A stretch of 34,974 nt of DNA. Origin: Chitinivibrionales bacterium. Its GTDB lineage: Bacteria; Fibrobacterota; Chitinivibrionia; Chitinivibrionales; WJKA01. The stretch lies in contig JBEPYC010000007.1 of assembly GCA_041641555.1 (NCBI GenBank), forward strand, positions 1 through 34,974, given 5' to 3'. The stretch's first letter is position 1; every line of letters begins with the position of its first letter. Below, piece by piece: positions 27,872 through 34,974 of the stretch. The notes under the pieces were generated by a model, which saw only the letters and a list, made by a program, of their open reading frames with translations, searched no databases and was not told where the DNA came from. Both the position numbers and the translations under genes were made by a program.

Positions 27872-28047
27872 TGAAAGCCGGAGTTTGCGTCCTTGTTTGT
27901 GTCATTTTCGGCGTTTCAGGTGCAGATACCACATGCGTTTCTCCTGTTGGAATGCCAACCCGTACCAACGATCCAGAGACGTATCACCTCGAGCTGCGGT
28001 ACATGTGGTCTGGAGTAACCCCATCAATCCCTGGCGCCAGAGCTTGA
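27871..28047 (+). CDS. Small 58-aa ORF with a signal-peptide-like N-terminus (possibly a truncated gene)
   Basis: MKAGVCVLVCVIFGVSGADTT...; TGATG overlap with the crtI stop; below the ORF-track cutoff. Confidence 0.4.
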   Translation: MKAGVCVLVCVIFGVSGADTTCVSPVGMPTRTNDPETYHLELRYMWSGVTPSIPGARA

Positions 28048-28120
28048 CCCGAAAGCATCCGGATAAGTGCACTCAAACCCCGGGACTGACGTGATCCGCC
28101 GAGCACCACCACCGTCAGAG

Positions 28121-30451
28121 CTATAATCCCCGGTCCTGAATTTCATCGATGTACCCGATCGTACCGTTTTTCAGGTTTGCCGCATTGGCTTCGTCGGTAT
28201 CCAGATGCATCGACAGCTTGTATTCAGGACTCACCCGTACAAGTACATCCCCGAAAATCAGCTCCCGGTCTCCCTCGACTCGTACGCGCACAACGTAGCG
28301 ATCCCGCAAACCCATCCGAAGAGCATCTTCCGGAGTCATGTGGATGTGACGAAGTGCGCAAATGACTCCTTCGGCGAGTTCCACCGTTCCCACGACTCCC
28401 TCAAGCGCGATACCGGGGGTTCCTTTGAGATCCCCCGATTCCCGGATTGGAGGATGTAGACCCAGCTTGAACTGCTCGGTCATCGCAATTTCCACCTGTG
28501 TTTGCGACCGGGCGGGACCGAGAACCCGGACCCGCGCAACCCTTCCTTTCGGCCCTACCAGGTCCACCTGCTCTTTGCAGGCAAACTGACCGGGCTGGGA
28601 CAGATCGCTGATGGGTGTGAGTTCATGTCCGGCACCAAAGAGAGCCTCCACATGCGCCTGCGAAAGGTGAACATGGTGAGCTGAGATTTCGATGGGAACA
28701 GGCACCTTATCCGGCCGCTGAATAGCAGATGAAGCAGAGCGGCGGCCGATTGCCCTGAGAGCCTCGCGCGCAATCATTAGTTCTTCGTTGGCAGGTATGA
28801 CCAGAACATCGACCTGAGAGTCTTCGGTGGAGATCGCAACAGGATGCTTCACACATCCTGCTTCCCGGTTTCTCTGATCGTCGATTCTGATCCCCATATG
28901 TTCAAGTCCCTGGCAAGCAAGACTCCTGACCCCGGCGCTTCCCTGTCCGATTCCTCCGGTAAAGACAACGACATCCAACCCTCCCATCGCCGCGGAATAA
29001 GCGCCGATATACTTACGAATGCGATAGGAAAACGCTTTGTATGCAAGCAACGCCCGGTGGTCGCCAGCTTGAGCTGCCGATTCGATCTCACGCATATCGT
29101 TTGAGATTCCCGAAAGCCCCAAAAGGCCGCTCTTGTTCTGCAAGAGCTCATCCAGCTGCTCCGCGGCAACTGCCCCCGTACGAAGCAGGTAGCTGATCGC
29201 ACCCGGGTCGATATCCCCGCATCGCGTGCCCATTATCAACCCCTCCGTCGGCGTCATTCCCATGGTTGTATCCACTGACCGCCCATGGTCGACCGCACAT
29301 AACGAGGCCCCGTTTCCGAGATGGCAGGTCACGACCTCCAGCTCGTTGAATGGACGTTTGAGAAATTCCGATGCTTTCAGGGCGACATACATGTGCGAGG
29401 TACCGTGAAATCCATAGCGCCGTACGCCATCTTTCTCGTAGTATTCATACGGAAGCCCATACAGGTGAGCATACGATGGCATCGTGTGGTGAAAGGCGGT
29501 GTCGAACACGGCAACATGAACCGCCGAAGGAAACAAACGACGCGCTTCACGGATGCCCAGGAGATTGACCGGATTGTGCAGCGGAGCCAGCTCAGAGAGC
29601 CGATCGATTTCTTCCTCAACCTTCTCATCGATAATTGCCGCGCTTCCGTAGGTTTTCCCGCCGTGCACTACGCGGTGGCCAATAAGATCGACCGTACCAT
29701 TTCGATCAAGCGCGTCGATTTCCTGAGACCGCAGCATGTCAAATGCCGCTTTGAGTGCATCGGCATGTCTTCCTGCCCCCAGCTCTCGCGAAATGACGCG
29801 CCCCCCGTGGTGGATGCTGAGCGACATAGACGATGAGGTCCCGATTCGCTCTACTGCACCTGTGGTCTGCATTGTACCTGTCGTGTCGAACAGGCTGAAC
29901 TTGAGCGATGAAGACCCGTTGTTTATCACCAGGATTTTCAGGGGAGTTTCGGCATGAAGCCGCATGCCATAGGGGTCCTTGTCACGGTTTAGCAGCGCCT
30001 TTTCCACCCCTTCGCGCTCGTTTTCCACCGCAAGCGCCCTGGATCTATCGGTGATTATCCTTGAAAGCGCCTTTATCGCCGCTGGAACGGTCATCAACCG
30101 CTCTGTCACGACTTCTTCGGGAACAAGCAATGCTTTGCATCGTGTAACTCCGATCACATCTGCAACGGTCCGATCCCCGGTCATTACCGACATCTCACCG
30201 AACACCCCGGCCGACTCTACTGCCGACAGCCGCTTACGGTTGCCGGCGTTGTCAACTACCGAAATCTCTGCTTTGCCCTCGAGAAGAATACCCAGAAACC
30301 GACCGGTTTCACCAAATTCGATCACTGCTTCATGCGGCTCAAAGGTAACTATTCGCGAGTCTTCGATTGTTTCCCGCACAACATCTTCAGGAATATCGGC
30401 AAAGAGCGATGTCTTTTCTTTTAGAAAAGAAACAAGGTCATTGGATTTCAT
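28121..30451 (-). CDS. ackA: Three-domain fusion: cyclic-nucleotide-binding domain, acetate/propionate kinase, PduL phosphotransacylase
   Basis: aa ~15-135 cNMP (ILLEGKAEI, FGEMS); aa 171-~565 AckA (ILVINNGSSSLKF, GHRVVHGG, APLHNP, FDTAFH, RRYGFHGTSH, CHLGNGAS, ANEELMIA); aa ~582-776 PduL (SAHHVHLS, RVLGP, RHIHM, HLDTDEANA). Confidence 0.93.
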   Translation of the reverse strand: MKSNDLVSFLKEKTSLFADIPEDVVRETIEDSRIVTFEPHEAVIEFGETGRFLGILLEGKAEISVVDNAGNRKRLSAVESAGVFGEMSVMTGDRTVADVIGVTRCKALLVPEEVVTERLMTVPAAIKALSRIITDRSRALAVENEREGVEKALLNRDKDPYGMRLHAETPLKILVINNGSSSLKFSLFDTTGTMQTTGAVERIGTSSSMSLSIHHGGRVISRELGAGRHADALKAAFDMLRSQEIDALDRNGTVDLIGHRVVHGGKTYGSAAIIDEKVEEEIDRLSELAPLHNPVNLLGIREARRLFPSAVHVAVFDTAFHHTMPSYAHLYGLPYEYYEKDGVRRYGFHGTSHMYVALKASEFLKRPFNELEVVTCHLGNGASLCAVDHGRSVDTTMGMTPTEGLIMGTRCGDIDPGAISYLLRTGAVAAEQLDELLQNKSGLLGLSGISNDMREIESAAQAGDHRALLAYKAFSYRIRKYIGAYSAAMGGLDVVVFTGGIGQGSAGVRSLACQGLEHMGIRIDDQRNREAGCVKHPVAISTEDSQVDVLVIPANEELMIAREALRAIGRRSASSAIQRPDKVPVPIEISAHHVHLSQAHVEALFGAGHELTPISDLSQPGQFACKEQVDLVGPKGRVARVRVLGPARSQTQVEIAMTEQFKLGLHPPIRESGDLKGTPGIALEGVVGTVELAEGVICALRHIHMTPEDALRMGLRDRYVVRVRVEGDRELIFGDVLVRVSPEYKLSMHLDTDEANAANLKNGTIGYIDEIQDRGL

Positions 30452-30523
30452 AGGTGATTCGTTCTGTTTTTCTGGGTTCGGTGTTTTGAGGCCCGCGGTT
30501 GCCGGTGGAGGTACACATGCCTA

Positions 30524-31123
30524 TTAGAGTATAATCCGGGCAAATTCTCGGACAATAGAATTGGCATTCGTCTGGGACACTTGCTCGATTTCACCTTCAT
30601 TCTGTTCCGGATTCAGATTGAGAAAGAACTCACTCTTGTCCTCTCCCACAAAAACTTTTGTTGCAATCCATCCTCCCTCCGGTTTCAATTGGAAATAGCC
30701 GGTTTTCGAATCCCGACTCATGTCGGTGCCCGTGATGATGGCACGAAACTCCACGCGCTCTCTGGATGACACCTCGGAAAGGATGTCCGAGACGTTGGTT
30801 GCGCCGGTCTCGGTCGCCAGTGCATAAAGAAATGCTCGACTATGCGGGCCATCCACACGAAGCAATGCTCCGTCAGTGACTGCATATCCACTGTCTGGAT
30901 TGAATCGTTTCAGCAGGATTTCTATGCCGAACGCAGTACCCCCCGTATCTGTGCCGAACCGGGCGTAGTACGTCTTGCGCTTCCCGTCATCGGCTGTCTG
31001 GCTTTGGGTTTCAGTAATCTCAAACTGCACCCTGTTCTGCTGTCCGATTTCTTGTTGCCGTCCGCAGCCGGTAAGTACAACCAGAACGAACACAACGCAA
31101 CCGGACAAGAGCCTGGCCTTCAT
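30524..31123 (-). CDS. Hypothetical lipoprotein
   Basis: Lipobox LTGC; AGGAG RBS. Confidence 0.75.
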   Translation of the reverse strand: MKARLLSGCVVFVLVVLTGCGRQQEIGQQNRVQFEITETQSQTADDGKRKTYYARFGTDTGGTAFGIEILLKRFNPDSGYAVTDGALLRVDGPHSRAFLYALATETGATNVSDILSEVSSRERVEFRAIITGTDMSRDSKTGYFQLKPEGGWIATKVFVGEDKSEFFLNLNPEQNEGEIEQVSQTNANSIVREFARIIL

Positions 31124-31127
31124 GATA

Positions 31128-31994
31128 TTACTCCTGGTTTTTTTGCTGTATGTCTATGGCCTTCTGTACGAAACGCTGCATGGGATAGTACGTCCGAAAG
31201 CCCTCAAAAGCCTGCCTTGCTGTATCCTGAATAGCCGCCGGATTTGCAAGGAGGTTTGTGCACGTTTCCACGAGGTTTTCGTACGGGACAGAACAGAGTT
31301 CCACCCGGGGGTAGGGATTCACCGGAGACTCTTCTGTCACAACACAACAGCCGTTATTGAGCAGATACGAAATCCTGACTGCCTCGAAAATTCGAACCGC
31401 ATAGAAGTGAACATTCAGGATAACTCTTGACCTGGAGATTATTGCGTCTCTTTCTTTTCCGTAGACCCCAAAGAGCGTCTCGACACGAACTCCGTTTCTC
31501 TCTCTGAGTTGATCGACAATCTTTTTCCGTCGATCCCCGAGGCTTCCATAGAAGAGAACATCTATGTCGCGGTCTGCGATTGGTTTGTGAGGAATCTGCT
31601 GGAGATTGGGGTGATACCCCAGAGGCACGTGAACCGCAGAGATTCCCCTCTGCTTGAGAAACGCGATATTCTCGCTGGAGTAGTCCCAGACGGCAGAGGC
31701 ATTGCCCAGTACCGCACGAAGGTTATCGGAATAGGCTCCCTCGGTCGCGCTCAACTGCTCCAACTGGTAGGGGATATACCGGTATGACTTGAGATGGCTG
31801 CCGTAAGCAAGAAGATGACATCCGAGGATAATATTTGTGCTGTTGGGTGCCAGCTCATTGAAGGCTATGTCACAGGAGAACCGAAGGGACTGAAAGGTCG
31901 ATTTCAGCAGATAAGCAACTTCCAGGAAACAGGCAGCATGAGTGTAGCCGGGAGGAACTATTATGCAGACACGGTAGGAGTTCTGAAGAGCCAT
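31128..31994 (-). CDS. GT-B fold glycosyltransferase-like protein (CgeB-like C-terminus)
   Basis: YQLEQL, VWDYS, DIDVLFYGS..RR, VILNVHFY..FEAVR..YLL, VVTE; start placed at MALQNS. Confidence 0.72.
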   Translation of the reverse strand: MALQNSYRVCIIVPPGYTHAACFLEVAYLLKSTFQSLRFSCDIAFNELAPNSTNIILGCHLLAYGSHLKSYRYIPYQLEQLSATEGAYSDNLRAVLGNASAVWDYSSENIAFLKQRGISAVHVPLGYHPNLQQIPHKPIADRDIDVLFYGSLGDRRKKIVDQLRERNGVRVETLFGVYGKERDAIISRSRVILNVHFYAVRIFEAVRISYLLNNGCCVVTEESPVNPYPRVELCSVPYENLVETCTNLLANPAAIQDTARQAFEGFRTYYPMQRFVQKAIDIQQKNQE

Positions 31995-32156
31995 ACATGA
32001 GAATATACAATGTCGAGCTGTTTCATGGTCCTGGGCCTTGTTATGTTCCAGGATGCAGGTGGGAGCATTCCGGTCGAAAGCTCCTGTGGAGTGACCGTAC
32101 TTCCACACAGTGCTACTGGCAAGGAGTATCAGTGTTGGCGAGACAACAGCAACGGC

Positions 32157-32744
32157 TCAGTTTTCGGCAATGCCCACAAGCAATTCCCGTAGTGCGCTTT
32201 CGATTGCGGTGTGCAGCACATCTTCGATACGGCCAGTCGTATCCAAACCTTTCCAGGACCCGCTGGTTTCGATAACGATCCTGTTGACAAGCGTCGTATC
32301 CGTCATCTCCATAACGGCAGCTTCCAGCTTCAGCAGTATGTCGAGTTTCTGCCAGAGCTTGCCACGCTCGCGCATCTCCAGGTTCAGGACATCGATCTCC
32401 ACGGCATGCGTCGCCTCAGAACGGTAGTCCGCCTGAATCGCTTTTTTTTTGAGGAGTACATGAAGCGATTGCTTCAGCGAAGAATCGATGGATGGCTCGA
32501 TGAAAACCGACGAAAAGTTCACTGCACTGCTTCGAGTGCGTCCGAGATAATTCGGCACCGAGTCATCATAGGTTTTCTCCACGCTCCCGACATAAATCCT
32601 GAGATCGGTTCGGACCGGTGGGATTGAATCGAATTCACTCAACCGGGAGTCGATAATGACCGAATCGACAGCCGGTGGCGCAGCCTTGCTGCTTTGGGCA
32701 AATGTTCCCCCCACAAGCATTCCAACTACCAGTAGCGCTCTCAT
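32157..32744 (-). CDS. Hypothetical secreted protein
   Basis: Signal peptide MRALLVVGMLVGGTFA from ATG 32744. Confidence 0.65.
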   Translation of the reverse strand: MRALLVVGMLVGGTFAQSSKAAPPAVDSVIIDSRLSEFDSIPPVRTDLRIYVGSVEKTYDDSVPNYLGRTRSSAVNFSSVFIEPSIDSSLKQSLHVLLKKKAIQADYRSEATHAVEIDVLNLEMRERGKLWQKLDILLKLEAAVMEMTDTTLVNRIVIETSGSWKGLDTTGRIEDVLHTAIESALRELLVGIAEN

Positions 32745-32782
32745 AGGACAAAGATCTGACTTACCTCGTGGCATGAGTGCTC

Positions 32783-34792
32783 CTAAAACGGATCTATTAC
32801 CGGAGGCTGGATAATACACGTAGTCGTGCGTGAAAACGTGACTTCTTTCTCCTCCGACCAGGCTCCGTCACTGTCCTGCACCCGGAACGTAAGCGTGTCG
32901 GTGCCGGTCCAGTTACTGTCAGCGACAGCCTTGGGTACAACGGTAATCCGCCCCGTGAACACCGGCAGCACAATGCAGCCAAACCCCGGCACACAGCTTT
33001 CTTTGTAATGCATGACAGAGTCTACTTTCAGATGAGTCCCTCCAGAGAAATCCCACCGACCAGTCAGGTTTGCCGGATCTTCTTCATCATAGTAGGAACT
33101 CTCCAACGACAATGTATCGAACCAGGCACTGCATTGTTTGCGCTGATTGCCAATTGTGACGACCGGTTTATCGTTGACACCCGTCACCACGAACGCCAGA
33201 TTCACCTCATCGACCTGTCCCCGTGAATCCATTACCTGAAAGGATATGACTTCGCTGACCGTCTCCCCGACAGCAAGCGTCGAATCCGTCGAGGTAATCA
33301 CAACGCGCGGTGGACCCATGAGCGTGTCTACCGCAAGCTTACCCGGCTCACCAGCCACGGTCCATGTAAGAGAATCAAGTTTGTAGGAGGCCGGGTCGGT
33401 GATTTGTGGATTGGTTATCGACACCGAGTCCATAAGGTATATCGTATCGAACGCCTGTCCTTCGGCAATGCTTTGCCCGGAGATGGAAAGCTCTGGAGGA
33501 TAGCTTTTTTCTCCATAAAACTCCAGCTCTACATCGAGCGTCGTTTGATTTCCCGCACGGTCTCGAACCCGTATCGTCTTAACGGTAATTCCGGAATCCA
33601 GACTCGAAAGCACCGCTTCGGCAGTATCACCGATAACCGACATGAGATCGCCACCCATTGTAACCGAATCGATCCCCGACTGATCGGTTACAAGGGCCCT
33701 GATTGTTACAGGAAGATTCAGTATAGTGTCGGGGAGATTACTTATGAGCGAAAGCTCCGGATCAGCCGTGTCGATTACAACCACCGTGCATTGTGCCGTC
33801 GCACTGACCTGCTGGTCATTATCGATTGCATGCACGAAACAGAAAAGGCTGTCAAGCGAAGTTCCGTGAATGGTGCGTTCAACCCGTTTCGTGGTACTTG
33901 CAGACAAAAACACATTTGTATCGATTACGGTCCCCTCCGAAGATGTCAGGCGAAAGATCGAGGCAAGAAGAGAACCATCGGTATCTTCGAGCTCGAAGCC
34001 CACCGTTACCGAGTCTTGGATATGAACCGTATACAGGCCTTGTTCCGCATCGGCGGTTGGAAGGCTGTTATCGGATTCCACGATATGGATGGTCTTCAAG
34101 AGCGAATCTGCTCCACCGGCAGTCCTGGTGACGGTAGCTTTCAGGGTCCAGGTCCCCGGCTCAGCGATACTCAGGTAAAAAGGTATGAGTGCATCCACCG
34201 TATTTCCCGAGGCAAGCACCCTGCTGCTGGATTGGCCAGAAAGCATAATCTGGTAATTATCCAGATGTGACGGAAAACGCGTGACCAGCGTGCAGATAAT
34301 CGCCTGCCCTGCCGACAAGGAATCATTTCGCGACGATATTTGCCGGAACGAGCGCAGCGGATCCAGCCCCGCATCTCGTGAAGAGTCGGCTTGTCGGACA
34401 TGTATTTCGCGAGTCAACCGGTCTTCTTCCCCGTTGGTTTTCAGGATTGTAACCAGCAAGGTCCATTGCCCCGTATCCCCATCTCCGACGCTGAGCACAA
34501 GGGGTACCAGAGAATCTTTCACTACCCCCTCTTCGATACCGATGGTGGTGTTTTCCCGGGATATGTCCACGAAATAGCTGTCAACGTACCCCGGTTTTGT
34601 CACCATGAGCGTACAAAGCAGCTCCTGTCCTTCAACCAGTGAGTCCCCAAGAATGGTAAGCGTGGAAAGCGAGCGATTCTGATCGATCCGCGCGTCTTCG
34701 GCGGGATCCGTCGGAAGAGGAGGAGCGGCGCACGAAAGAAGCAAAATGATACTAACCAGAGGCTGGGCGTATAAGAGGTGAAATCTATTCAT
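32783..34792 (-). CDS. Surface lipoprotein with tandem Ig/cadherin-like domains
   Basis: Lipobox LLSC; Asp/Ser/Thr-rich beta domains; VRDRAGN, VNDKP, FRVQDSDG; internal duplications. Confidence 0.78.
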   Translation of the reverse strand: MNRFHLLYAQPLVSIILLLSCAAPPLPTDPAEDARIDQNRSLSTLTILGDSLVEGQELLCTLMVTKPGYVDSYFVDISRENTTIGIEEGVVKDSLVPLVLSVGDGDTGQWTLLVTILKTNGEEDRLTREIHVRQADSSRDAGLDPLRSFRQISSRNDSLSAGQAIICTLVTRFPSHLDNYQIMLSGQSSSRVLASGNTVDALIPFYLSIAEPGTWTLKATVTRTAGGADSLLKTIHIVESDNSLPTADAEQGLYTVHIQDSVTVGFELEDTDGSLLASIFRLTSSEGTVIDTNVFLSASTTKRVERTIHGTSLDSLFCFVHAIDNDQQVSATAQCTVVVIDTADPELSLISNLPDTILNLPVTIRALVTDQSGIDSVTMGGDLMSVIGDTAEAVLSSLDSGITVKTIRVRDRAGNQTTLDVELEFYGEKSYPPELSISGQSIAEGQAFDTIYLMDSVSITNPQITDPASYKLDSLTWTVAGEPGKLAVDTLMGPPRVVITSTDSTLAVGETVSEVISFQVMDSRGQVDEVNLAFVVTGVNDKPVVTIGNQRKQCSAWFDTLSLESSYYDEEDPANLTGRWDFSGGTHLKVDSVMHYKESCVPGFGCIVLPVFTGRITVVPKAVADSNWTGTDTLTFRVQDSDGAWSEEKEVTFSRTTTCIIQPPVIDPF

Positions 34793-34894
34793 ACAGACCT
34801 TCCATTTGATTGCCCTTCGTTTTTACACCAAAAAGGAATATACAATCACCACCTGCGTCGTGATCAACAAATCGGGTAATGTATTTTTTTCAGT

Positions 34895-34974
34895 ATGGCA
34901 CAGCGTACCGGAACCGCGAACCTCCCCTTGCACGGCGGGAAAGCCCCCGCATGGCTTTTCGGACGAATGGTAAA
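34895..34974 (+). CDS. DUF763 family protein, N-terminus only (cut by the window edge)
   Basis: MAQRTGTANLPLHGGKAPAWLFGRMV matches the typical DUF763 N-terminal motif. Confidence 0.75.
   Translation, partial: MAQRTGTANLPLHGGKAPAWLFGRMV

Noticed and set aside
1-34974. CRISPR array, prophage, IS element or bacterial microcompartment locus
   Set aside because: No spaced repeat array, integrase, transposase, phage genes or shell proteins are visible, despite the PduL domain

Overview
Chromosomal window from a GC-moderate, probably anaerobic Gram-negative bacterium. The many lipoproteins and secreted proteins with T9SS-like C-terminal tails suggest Fibrobacterota (Chitinivibrionia-like), which is an inference. 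In order: an ECF sigma/ZAS anti-sigma/double Spy-CpxP operon with a repeated putative promoter motif; a methyltransferase; hrpB; tRNA-Pro(GGG) followed by a ~180 bp hairpin-rich element ending in a copy of the tRNA 3' end; a ~9 kb accessory block of exported proteins (FMN-binding lipoprotein, multimodular alginate-lyase-family protein, DUF1835, serpin lipoprotein plus cohesin-like protein, GspG-domain fusion, outer-membrane protein remnant); fxsA; a minus-strand housekeeping run (Trm112-like, FmdB, a doubly frameshifted lipoprotein, proA, hisI, alr, rseC-like, TPR, GH29 fucosidase, queH); a UV/light-defence operon (uvsE, DUF523-DUF1722, crtI-like); a cNMP-binding domain/acetate kinase/PduL three-domain fusion; surface proteins and a glycosyltransferase; and the start of a DUF763 gene. 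The top candidate for an undescribed system is the cNMP-AckA-PduL fusion. No integrase, transposase, CRISPR array or rRNA was seen.
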